Shown: in pieces, positions 8,089 through 15,581 of the stretch
How positions within the stretch are numbered: position 1 is the first letter of the stretch
Layout: every line of letters begins with the position of its first letter
NCBI GenBank assembly: GCA_934647235.1
Contig: CAKUFG010000010.1
Location: 30,961-62,960, forward strand
Direction of reading: 5' to 3'
From: an uncultured Clostridia bacterium
GTDB lineage: Bacteria > Bacillota > Clostridia > Christensenellales > Aristaeellaceae
Length of the DNA stretch: 32,000 bases
The notes under the pieces: model-generated
Told to the model about the DNA's origin: nothing
Seen by the model: only the letters and a program-made list of their open reading frames with translations
The model's database searches: none
Translations under genes and position numbers: made by a program

Positions 8089-8537
8089 GCGCGGCGGCGG
8101 TCTGCCTGGTAACGGGAGCCGGGTGCGCGGCAAGGCTGTATCGCAGGGCGGCGGTGCTGCGGGATATGCAGGCGCGCCTGTATGCCATGCGCGCGGCGGC
8201 GCTGTATGTGCGGGCAGACTGCGGGGCAATCCTGCGCGCAGGCGGCTTTGACGATTTAGCCCAGGCGGCCGAAAGCGCAGGCGCGGACGCGGGACTGCTG
8301 TACCAGCAGGGCGCGGCGGATACGCTGCTGCGCCAGGAGGAACGCGCGGTGGTGATTCATGCCTTGCACGCGGTGTGCAACGGCAGCGCGGAGGAGCAGG
8401 AGGCGGCCTTTGATTATGCTCTGGAGCGCATGGCGGAGCTTTGCCGCCGGGCCGAGCAGAAGCGCGACGCGCAGTCGCGCCTGTTTGCCAGCCTGGGCGC
8501 GTTGAGCGGGGTGTGCGCGCTGATGATTTTATGGTAA
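8073..8537 (+). CDS. spoIIIAB: Stage III sporulation protein AB
   Basis: An internal ATG at 8073 overlaps the end of spoIIIAA, so the ORF-track start at 8037 is unlikely. It has N- and C-terminal TM helices flanking a helical soluble domain, and operon position matches. Confidence 0.75.
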   Translation: MLRAIGAAAVCLVTGAGCAARLYRRAAVLRDMQARLYAMRAAALYVRADCGAILRAGGFDDLAQAAESAGADAGLLYQQGAADTLLRQEERAVVIHALHAVCNGSAEEQEAAFDYALERMAELCRRAEQKRDAQSRLFASLGALSGVCALMILW

Positions 8538-8552
8538 CGGGAGGATGAAAGC

Positions 8553-8750
8553 ATGCAGGTGCAGCAGCTGCTTCGCATTGCGGGCGTAGGGGTGCTGGTG
8601 ACGGTAATCTCGCAGATTCTGACCCGCGCTGGGCGGGAGGACATCGCCACGATGACCACTATCGCCGGGCTTGTGATTGTGCTGATGATGGTGGTAACGC
8701 TGGTGGCCGAGCTGCTGTCAAATGTGCAGAGCATTTTCGGGCTGTACTGA
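8553..8750 (+). CDS. spoIIIAC: Stage III sporulation protein AC
   Basis: 65-aa two-TM protein: LLRIAGVGVLVTVISQILTRAGREDIATMTTIAGLVIVL. GGAGGA Shine-Dalgarno. Confidence 0.85.
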   Translation: MQVQQLLRIAGVGVLVTVISQILTRAGREDIATMTTIAGLVIVLMMVVTLVAELLSNVQSIFGLY

Positions 8751-8751
8751 C

Positions 8752-9141
8752 ATGGCGGATTTCTGGCGGATGACCGGGCTGGCAGTGCTGGGCGCGCTTG
8801 CGGCCGTTATGCTTAAGCGTCAGCATCAGGCGCTGGGCTGGGCGGCGGCGGCCTTTGCGGGCGCGGCGGTGCTGCTGCTGGCGCTGGACAAGCTGGGCGA
8901 GGCGGCCGATGTGCTGCGGGAGCTGGCGCAGTGCGCCCAGCTTCAGGAGGGACAGCTGGCGCTGATCCTTAGAATTCTGGGCGTGGCCCTGGTATCGGAG
9001 CTGGCGGCCCAGGCCTGCCGCGATGCCGGCGAGGAAGGGCTGGCGCTGCATGTGGAAACGGGGGCGAAGGTGACGCTTCTGCTGCTCAGCGCTCCGCTTC
9101 TGCGGCAGCTTGCCGGGCTGGTGATGGAGCTGACGGCATGA
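8752..9141 (+). CDS. spoIIIAD: Stage III sporulation protein AD
   Basis: The ATG at 8752 is 1 nt after the spoIIIAC stop. ILRILGVALVSELAAQACRDAGEEGLALHVETGAKV aligns with the B. subtilis SpoIIIAD core. Confidence 0.85.
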   Translation: MADFWRMTGLAVLGALAAVMLKRQHQALGWAAAAFAGAAVLLLALDKLGEAADVLRELAQCAQLQEGQLALILRILGVALVSELAAQACRDAGEEGLALHVETGAKVTLLLLSAPLLRQLAGLVMELTA

Positions 9142-10256
9142 AACGGCTGATGGCGCTGGTGATGCTGATGCTGCTGCTTCCTGCGCTTGCCAGTGCACAG
9201 GGGTTGGATGCGGGCCTGGAGCAGGCGCTTGGACAGGTGGATTTAGCGCCGCTTGAAACGGCTGCGCGTGAGGACAACCTGCGGGTGTATCTGCTGCGGC
9301 TGGCCAAGGGCGAGATGATATGGGACGCGCGGCAGGTGCTGGATACCCTGCTGCGGCGCTTGCTGGGCGAGGCGCGCAGCAGCTTTTCCAGGATGATGGG
9401 GCTGCTTGCTCCGGCGCTGCTGGCAAGCGCGGCAGGGTTGCTGGGCGGCAAGCGAAAGGACGTAATCAGGATCGCTGAGAGCGCGTGCTTCCTGGCGCTG
9501 GCCGCGACGATTGCCGCCGATATGCAGCTTTACCTGCGCGAGGCAGAGCAGGCGGTATCCCGGATGGCCGAGATGATGCAGGCGCTGTTTCCGATTCTTC
9601 TGACGCTGCTTGCAGCCGTTGGGGGCAGCCATGGCGCAGCTCTGCTGGAGCCTGCGGTCAGCGCGGCCAGCGGCATTGTGACGGCGCTGGTGCGCGGGGT
9701 ATCGCTGCGGCTGAGCACCGGGGTGGCGGTTGTGACGCTGCTGGATCATCTGTCCCCGCGCATGCGGCTGTCACGGCTGGCCGGGCTGCTGCGCACGGCC
9801 TCCAACTGGCTGCTGGGCGTGGCCTTTACGGTATTTCTGGGGGTAACGTCGCTGCAGGGGCTGACGGCCTCGGCGGCGGACGGCGTAAGCATCCGCGCAG
9901 CCAAATACGCGGTGGACAACTTTGTGCCGGTCGTGGGCGGCATGTTTGCCGATACTATGGATACGCTGGTGGGCTGCTCGCTGCTGATTAAAAACGCGGT
10001 GGGCGTGACTGGGCTGGCGCTGCTGCTTTCAGCTGCGGCGGTGCCCATGATCCGCACGCTGTGCGCGGTGATGACCTATCGGCTCTGCGCTGCGCTTCTG
10101 CAGCCTGTTTCGCCGTCCAGGGCGGCCGATCTTTTGCAGGGCTTTTCGGATGCGCTGATGCTGCTGTTTATCATTCAGCTGTCGGTCAGCGCCATGTTTG
10201 TGCTGCTGGTGGCGCAAGTGCTGGCGGTGGGCAACGGCACGGTGGGGCTAAGATGA
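9138..10256 (+). CDS. spoIIIAE: Stage III sporulation protein AE (polytopic membrane protein)
   Basis: ATGA overlap with spoIIIAD. 372 aa, with a signal peptide followed by multiple TM helices. Operon position matches. Confidence 0.85.
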   Translation: MKRLMALVMLMLLLPALASAQGLDAGLEQALGQVDLAPLETAAREDNLRVYLLRLAKGEMIWDARQVLDTLLRRLLGEARSSFSRMMGLLAPALLASAAGLLGGKRKDVIRIAESACFLALAATIAADMQLYLREAEQAVSRMAEMMQALFPILLTLLAAVGGSHGAALLEPAVSAASGIVTALVRGVSLRLSTGVAVVTLLDHLSPRMRLSRLAGLLRTASNWLLGVAFTVFLGVTSLQGLTASAADGVSIRAAKYAVDNFVPVVGGMFADTMDTLVGCSLLIKNAVGVTGLALLLSAAAVPMIRTLCAVMTYRLCAALLQPVSPSRAADLLQGFSDALMLLFIIQLSVSAMFVLLVAQVLAVGNGTVGLR

Positions 10257-10257
10257 A

Positions 10258-10425
10258 ATGATGTATGCTTTTCTGCGGAGGCTGGCTATGATCGCGCTTC
10301 TGCGCATGGCGGGAGAAATGCTGCTGCCCGAGGGCAGGCTGCGCGATTTATGCGGCGCGCTGCTGGGGCTGACGGCGATGATCTGCATGCTGTCGGCCCT
10401 GAAAGGATGCTTGAGCGTGGGATGA
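10258..10425 (+). CDS. spoIIIAF: Truncated SpoIIIAF-like mini-protein (55 aa, membrane hairpin only)
   Basis: Below the 60-aa ORF-track cutoff and found by hand. It reads MMYAFLRRLAMIALLRMAGEMLLPEGRLRDLCGALLGLTAMICMLSALKGCLSVG*. The MLLP-x4/5-(K/R)x..GLxxxxxML pattern matches the N-terminal TM hairpin of SpoIIIAF. It sits exactly in the AF slot, and its stop overlaps the spoIIIAG start. Confidence 0.5.
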   Translation: MMYAFLRRLAMIALLRMAGEMLLPEGRLRDLCGALLGLTAMICMLSALKGCLSVG

Positions 10426-10799
10426 TGGAGAGGATCAGACAGACCCTGAAAAAGCCGCCGCTGCGCGCAAGGCTGCTGATGGCGCTGGCAGCCCTGGCAG
10501 CCTGCGCGCTGCTGCTGGGCGCGCAGGGGGACCAGGGCGGCATGACCAGCGAGGAAAAACGCCTGTCCCGCGCGCTGTCCAGTGTGAGCGGGGCGGGCAA
10601 TGTGCGCGTGACGCTGTATTATGCGCCCAAGGAGGGCGCGTTTTCCAGCGCGGCGCAGCGGCCGGTGGGCGCGGTGGCGGTGGCGCAGGGGGCGGGGGAT
10701 ATCGCCGTGCGGCTGAACCTGACGCAGGCGCTGATGCGGCTGCTGGACCTGGACGCGCAGAGCGTACTGGTGCTGACGATGGAGGAGGGAATGCGATGA
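10422..10799 (+). CDS. spoIIIAG: Stage III sporulation protein AG (short form, 125 aa)
   Basis: The ATG at 10422 overlaps the stop of the upstream mini-ORF by 4 nt (10422-10425, ATGA). It has a TM anchor (LLMALAALAACALLLGA), then EEKRLSRALSSVSGAGNVRVTLYY and GAVAVAQGAGDIAVRLNLTQALMRLLDL, matching the ring-building-motif core of SpoIIIAG. Confidence 0.7.
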   Translation: MMERIRQTLKKPPLRARLLMALAALAACALLLGAQGDQGGMTSEEKRLSRALSSVSGAGNVRVTLYYAPKEGAFSSAAQRPVGAVAVAQGAGDIAVRLNLTQALMRLLDLDAQSVLVLTMEEGMR

Positions 10800-11263
10800 A
10801 GAGGCGAACGCTTGCCCTGGCGCTTCTGCTGTGCGCGGTGGCGGGGACGTATTTTCTGCGCCTGTACGCGCAGCCTGCCGCGTCTTCGCTGCCGCTGACG
10901 CAGGTGTTTGCCTATGCCGCGCCCACGCAGACCCCTGCTGCGCAAAGCTATCGGGAGCGCCGCGACGCGCAGCGCGCGCAGGAAATGGCCGCGCTTGAAA
11001 AAATTTCGCAGGAAAATTCTGAGGCGGGCGAGGAGCTTTTGCGTCTGGTTGAGCGGCAGGAGAAGGAGCTGGCCATCGAATCCGCGCTTGCCGCCCGGTG
11101 CGAAGGGGCGGTTGTTTGTGCTTTGCGGGAGGATATCGCCCTGATCTGTACGCAGCAAAGGCTTTCGCAGGAGGATGCCGGCGCGATCATCTCGCTTTGC
11201 GCGAGTATCGCGGATGTAACCGTTGAAAATGTCGTGATACTGGACGAATGCGGGTATTTATGA
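10796..11263 (+). CDS. spoIIIAH: Stage III sporulation protein AH
   Basis: ATGA overlap with spoIIIAG. N-terminal TM anchor, a charged coiled region (RERRDAQRAQEMAALEKISQE), and a C-terminal YscJ/FliF-like domain. Last gene of the operon. Confidence 0.7.
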   Translation: MKRRTLALALLLCAVAGTYFLRLYAQPAASSLPLTQVFAYAAPTQTPAAQSYRERRDAQRAQEMAALEKISQENSEAGEELLRLVERQEKELAIESALAARCEGAVVCALREDIALICTQQRLSQEDAGAIISLCASIADVTVENVVILDECGYL

Positions 11264-11274
11264 TATAATACCCG
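11251..11274 (+). other. Perfect 8-bp hairpin spanning the spoIIIAH stop codon
   Basis: cgggtatt (11251-11258) pairs with aatacccg (11267-11274) around an 8-nt loop that contains the TGA. No U-tract follows. An alternative pairing of gtatt with aatac at 11276-11280 is possible. Confidence 0.4.
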
Positions 11275-11308
11275 GGAATACTGCTGTTAACGATGTGAGG
11301 AGCGCTGC

Positions 11309-11731
11309 ATGGTAAGAACCGGTATTGTGAAATCAAAAAAGGGCGACATGCTTCGCGTGTGCTTTGAAACGCCCGAGCATTGCGCCGGCTGCCGTGGCTG
11401 CTCGCGCGGCTTTTTGCCCAAGCACGAGCTGCTGACGGTGTTCGGCCAGGCTGAGGTGGGCGATACGGTGGAGGTAGAGGTGCGCGAGGCGCAGGCCTTC
11501 AAGGCCACGCTGCTTGCCTACGCGCTACCGCTGTGCACGCTGCTGCTGGGCCTGCTGGCAGGCTCGGCGCTGGGCCTGTCCGACGGGCTGACGCTTCTGA
11601 CAGCTCTGGCTGGGCTGGCGGTCGGCTATCTGGCGGCCAGGCTGGCGGAAAAAAGCCTTCGCCGCAGTCCCAAATGGCGGCCTGCAGTGATTGCCGCGCA
11701 TCGTTCCAATACGGAAAGGAATGAACAATAA
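11309..11731 (+). CDS. RseC/MucC-family (SoxR-reducing-system-like) membrane protein
   Basis: N-terminus GIVKSKKGDMLRVCFETPEHCAGCRGCSRGF with a Cys cluster, then an OB-like VGDTVEVEV segment, then two TM helices. This is the RseC_MucC architecture. GAGGAG Shine-Dalgarno. Confidence 0.65.
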   Translation: MVRTGIVKSKKGDMLRVCFETPEHCAGCRGCSRGFLPKHELLTVFGQAEVGDTVEVEVREAQAFKATLLAYALPLCTLLLGLLAGSALGLSDGLTLLTALAGLAVGYLAARLAEKSLRRSPKWRPAVIAAHRSNTERNEQ

Positions 11732-11734
11732 TCT

Positions 11735-12061
11735 ATGAGCGAAAAAAAGTTTACCACGGCCAATTTTGAAGCTGAAGTGCTGGCCAGTGAAAAGCCTGTG
11801 CTGGTGGATTTCTGGGCGACCTGGTGCATGCCCTGCCGCATGCTGGCCCCCACGGTAGAAGAGGTGGCCGACGAGACCGAGGGCCGCGCCGTTGTGGGCA
11901 AGGTCAACGTGGATGAGGAAGGCGATTTGGCGCGCCGCTATCGCGTGGCGTCTATTCCTACGCTGATTGTATTTGAAAACGGCGCCGAGGTGCGCCGCAG
12001 CGTGGGCGTTGTTGAAAAAGAGGATATTTACGACCTGCTGGGCCTGCCCATGCAGGAATAA
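11735..12061 (+). CDS. trxA: Thioredoxin (active site WCMPC)
   Basis: 108 aa with [23 protein letters not shown]...[29 protein letters not shown], a classic Trx fold sequence. It starts 3 nt after the rseC-like stop. Confidence 0.9.
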   Translation: MSEKKFTTANFEAEVLASEKPVLVDFWATWCMPCRMLAPTVEEVADETEGRAVVGKVNVDEEGDLARRYRVASIPTLIVFENGAEVRRSVGVVEKEDIYDLLGLPMQE

Positions 12062-12262
12062 TGAGTGCGCATTCACAAGAAAACAAAGCCTAAATTCGTC
12101 ACTTTTGATATAGCATTCCACCATATTTTGTGGTATGCTTTGTTTAGAATTGATCAGCTTGTGTGGTTAAGCTGAACTTTATAGATGATTTACTGCTGAG
12201 AACGGTGAAAAGGGGGAAGGTTCGTTTCCGCCTTCCGTTCTGAATGAAGAAAGAGGGAAGCT

Positions 12263-13927
12263 ATGGCAAATACTCCAAAACTGAGGATCATTCCGCTTGG
12301 AGGCGTGGACGAGATCGGCAAGAATATGACGGTCTTTGAATATGACCGGGATATCATCGTCGTCGATTGCGGCTCCATGTTCCCCAAGGACGATATGCTG
12401 GGCATCGATCTGGTAATCCCCGACGCCAGCTATCTGGTTGCAAACAAAGAACGTGTCCGCGGCTATGTGTTTACCCATGGCCATGAGGATCATATCGGCG
12501 CGGTGCCCTATGTGGTATCGCAGGTGCCCGCGCCCCTGTATGGCTCTCGCCTGACGCTGGCGCTGATTGAAAACAAGCTGCGCGAGCATCACGTCAGCGG
12601 CGTGCCGCTGAACACCGTAGAGGCGCGGCAGGTGATTCAGCTGGGCTGCTTCACCGTCCGCTTCATCAAGGTCAACCACTCCATTCCCGGCGCGTTCGCG
12701 CTGGCCATCACCTGCCCCATCGGCACGGTGGTGTGCTCGGGCGACTTCAAGGTGGATTACACGCCCATCGACGGCGAAGTAACCGACCTGACCACCCTGG
12801 CCGCCATCGGCAGCAAGGGCGTGCTGGCCCTTCTGTGCGAGAGCACCAACATCGAGCGCCCCGGCTATACCATGAGCGAGCGCAAGGTGGGCGAAACCTT
12901 CTACGAGCAGATCAACAACGCCCGCGGCCGCGTGATCATCGCCATGTTCTCCAGCAACGTCTCCCGCCTGCAGCAGGTGGTGGAGTGCGCGGTGCATTAT
13001 CACCGCAAGGTGTGCTTTGTGGGCCGCAGCATGGTCAATGTAACCGCCGTGGCCATGGAGCTGGGCGAGCTGCGCGTGCCCGAAGGCTCGCTGATTGATA
13101 TCGACGATCTGGATAAGTATCGCGACGACGAACTGGTGGTGCTGACCACTGGCAGCCAGGGCGAACCCATGAGCGGCCTGACCCGCATGGCCTTCTCCGA
13201 GCACCGCAAGCTGCAGATCAAGCAGTCCGATAAGATCATCATCAGCGCTTCGCCCATTCCGGGCAACGAGGTGTTCGTCTCCCGCGTGATCAACCAGCTG
13301 TATCGCTGCGGCGCGGAGGTCATCTACGACGCCATGGCCGAGGTGCACGTTTCCGGCCATGCCTGCCAGGAAGAAATCAAGCTGATGCACACCCTGGTAA
13401 AGCCCAAGTATCTGATTCCCGTGCACGGCGAATACCGCATGCTGTGGCAGCACGGCGAGCTGGCCGAGTCCATGGGTATGCCCCGTCAGAACATCATCCT
13501 GCCCGAAATCGGCCAGGTGATCGAGCTGGGCGCTTCGGGCGTAAGCATCGCGGGCGAGGTGCCCACGGGCACCGTGCTGGTGGACGGCCTGGGCATCGGC
13601 GATGTGGGCAACGTGGTGCTGCGCGACCGCAAGCATCTGTCCCAGGACGGCCTGATTATCGTAGCCATGGCCTTTGACCGCACCAACTGCATGCTGGTGT
13701 CCGGCCCGGACGTCATCAGCCGCGGCTTCGTCTATGTGCGCGAAAACGAGGATATCATCGAGGGTATCCGCAACACCGTGCGTAACATCATTGCCAGCTA
13801 CGGCCGCATCGAGGGCAGCGACTGGCCCAGCATCAAGAACCGCATCAAGGATGAGCTGCATCGCTACATCTACGACAAGATCAAGCGCAATCCCATGATT
13901 TTGCCCATCATTGTGGACTTGGGCTGA
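12263..13927 (+). CDS. rnj: Ribonuclease J
   Basis: 554 aa with a beta-lactamase/beta-CASP layout. N-terminus KLRIIPLGGVDEIGKNMTVFEY, metal motif THGHEDHIGAVPY, and later HVSGHACQEE. AGAGGGAAG Shine-Dalgarno. Confidence 0.95.
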   Translation: MANTPKLRIIPLGGVDEIGKNMTVFEYDRDIIVVDCGSMFPKDDMLGIDLVIPDASYLVANKERVRGYVFTHGHEDHIGAVPYVVSQVPAPLYGSRLTLALIENKLREHHVSGVPLNTVEARQVIQLGCFTVRFIKVNHSIPGAFALAITCPIGTVVCSGDFKVDYTPIDGEVTDLTTLAAIGSKGVLALLCESTNIERPGYTMSERKVGETFYEQINNARGRVIIAMFSSNVSRLQQVVECAVHYHRKVCFVGRSMVNVTAVAMELGELRVPEGSLIDIDDLDKYRDDELVVLTTGSQGEPMSGLTRMAFSEHRKLQIKQSDKIIISASPIPGNEVFVSRVINQLYRCGAEVIYDAMAEVHVSGHACQEEIKLMHTLVKPKYLIPVHGEYRMLWQHGELAESMGMPRQNIILPEIGQVIELGASGVSIAGEVPTGTVLVDGLGIGDVGNVVLRDRKHLSQDGLIIVAMAFDRTNCMLVSGPDVISRGFVYVRENEDIIEGIRNTVRNIIASYGRIEGSDWPSIKNRIKDELHRYIYDKIKRNPMILPIIVDLG

Positions 13928-13941
13928 CGGCATGTGTTATA

Positions 13942-13980
13942 ATACCGGCGGGGAGAGTTTTCTCCGCCGGTATTTGCTTT
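13942..13980 (+). terminator. Rho-independent terminator after rnj
   Basis: ataccggcgg (13942-13951) pairs with ccgccggtat (13963-13972), plus an inner aga/tct pairing. A T-rich tail (ttgcttt) follows. Confidence 0.65.
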
Positions 13981-14020
13981 ATAATCGGCGCGCGCATGCG
14001 GCGCGCGGAAAGGGGATACA

Positions 14021-14362
14021 ATGCAGATATACGATGAAGCCAACGCGCTGGCCCGCGCGATCCGCGAAAGCGAGGATTGCCGCGCCTATCGCCAGCTGCG
14101 GCAGGAAATAGAAAGCGATGAAACCGCCCGCGCGCTGCTGCGCGAATATAAAAAGCTGCAGATGCAGCTGCAGCTGGCCGCCGTGGCGGGGGCAGAGGTA
14201 AACAATGACGACACGCAGCGCTTCCAGCAAATCGGCGCGCTGCTGTTTGCGGGGGAGAATACGTCGCGCTTCCTGCTGCTGGAAATGCGCCTGCAGCAGA
14301 CGATGGCCGATGTGTTCAAAACCCTGAGCGATGCGGCCGGGCTGGATATGCCCGGCATGTAA
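14021..14362 (+). CDS. YheA/YlbF/YmcA-family (UPF0342, Com_YlbF) helical regulator
   Basis: 113 aa. IYDEANALARAIRESEDCRAYRQLRQEIESDETARALLREYKKLQMQLQ aligns closely with B. subtilis YheA/YlbF-type proteins. Confidence 0.7.
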   Translation: MQIYDEANALARAIRESEDCRAYRQLRQEIESDETARALLREYKKLQMQLQLAAVAGAEVNNDDTQRFQQIGALLFAGENTSRFLLLEMRLQQTMADVFKTLSDAAGLDMPGM

Positions 14363-14375
14363 GCGGGAGGACAGC

Positions 14376-15578
14376 TTGAAAAAGAGACAGCGGCGGCAGG
14401 AGCCGCAGGAAGAGTACAGCTATGAGCAGCTGCGCGAAGAGCGCGAATACGGGCTGTTCTGGTATAGCTGGCTGTGGAATATCCTTCGTCCCATTCTGGT
14501 GATTTTGTGCGTTGCGGTCATCGTGGCAGGCATCTTCGCCACGGGCTGGCATTATATCAGCGCGCGCTATGTGGACCCAGTGGATGCGTCCAGCACGGCC
14601 GCCGTTACCTTTGAGGTAAAAAGCGGCAGCTCGCTGACCCGCGTGGCCAACAATCTGGAGGCCGCAGGGCTTGTGCGCAACCGCTCGGTGTTCAAGTATT
14701 ACGCCGATTTTCTGGGCTACGGGCAAAAAATACAGGCGGGCACCTACACCCTGTCGCCGTCCATGACCCTGCGCGAGATTGCCGAGCAGCTGACGCGCGG
14801 CGACGGCACGCCCCTGGTGCGCAGGATCACCATCATCGAGGGCTGGACGGCGCAGAGCATTGCCGCCTATCTCAAGCGCGAGGGCGTAATCAGCGATGAG
14901 GAGCAGTTCCTCAGCCTATGCCGCACGGGCGAGCAGTTTTCGGCCTACTATTACATTGCCGATGTGCGCGCGTCGGCCAATTTCAGCCAGCGCATTTATG
15001 CGCTGGAAGGCTATTTGTCGCCCAATACCTATGAAATCTATACTTCGGCCACGCCGGAGGAGATTATCAAAAAGCTGCTTTCGCAGACCGAGGCCGTGTT
15101 CCGGGATGAGTGGCACGACCGTGCGGACGAGCTGGGCATGACCATGGATCAGGTGATCACCCTGGCTTCGCTGATTGAGAAGGAAGCCAAGCAGGCGGAT
15201 TTTGCCCGCGTGTCGGCTGTCTTCCACAACAGGCTCAAGATCAATATGGCGCTTGGCAGCGATGTGACCATCAAATATATTACCGGCACCGAGCGCATGA
15301 GCCTGAACAACAGCGATCTGGCTGTTGATTCGCCCTATAACACCTATCGCAATAAGGGTCTGCCGCCCGGACCGATCTGCAATCCCTCGGCTGCGGCAAT
15401 TGAGGCCGCGCTGTATCCGGACGAAACCTTTACGGCGCAAAACTACCTCTATTTCTGCTCCAAGGATCCTGCGACGGGCGAACTGTATTTCTCCCGCACG
15501 CTTGAGGAGCATGAGGCGGCGGTAAAGATTTATGCGCCGCTGTGGCAGGCATACGATGAAAAGACGGGAGCGAAATAA
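14376..15578 (+). CDS. mltG: Endolytic peptidoglycan transglycosylase MltG (YceG-like)
   Basis: I prefer the TTG at 14376, 5 nt after the GGGAGGA Shine-Dalgarno. It has a TM anchor, LysM-like FEVKSGSSLTRVANNLEAAGLV, and the catalytic region LASLIEKEAKQADFARVSAVFHNRL...LPPGPICNP. Confidence 0.9.
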   Translation: MKKRQRRQEPQEEYSYEQLREEREYGLFWYSWLWNILRPILVILCVAVIVAGIFATGWHYISARYVDPVDASSTAAVTFEVKSGSSLTRVANNLEAAGLVRNRSVFKYYADFLGYGQKIQAGTYTLSPSMTLREIAEQLTRGDGTPLVRRITIIEGWTAQSIAAYLKREGVISDEEQFLSLCRTGEQFSAYYYIADVRASANFSQRIYALEGYLSPNTYEIYTSATPEEIIKKLLSQTEAVFRDEWHDRADELGMTMDQVITLASLIEKEAKQADFARVSAVFHNRLKINMALGSDVTIKYITGTERMSLNNSDLAVDSPYNTYRNKGLPPGPICNPSAAAIEAALYPDETFTAQNYLYFCSKDPATGELYFSRTLEEHEAAVKIYAPLWQAYDEKTGAK

Positions 15579-15581
15579 CCA

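Noticed and set aside
10350-10421. N-terminal extension of the spoIIIAG ORF (MRRAAGADGDDLHAVGPERMLERG)
   Set aside because: This stretch overlaps the SpoIIIAF-like mini-ORF in another frame, has no Shine-Dalgarno and no SpoIIIAG similarity. The ATG at 10422, in an ATGA overlap, gives the expected TM-anchored N-terminus.
12179-13933. A 584-aa minus-strand ORF covering all of rnj
   Set aside because: The same antisense artefact. The + strand encodes an unmistakable RNase J (HGHEDH, beta-CASP). The antisense product is H/A/G/D/V-rich with no motifs or Shine-Dalgarno.
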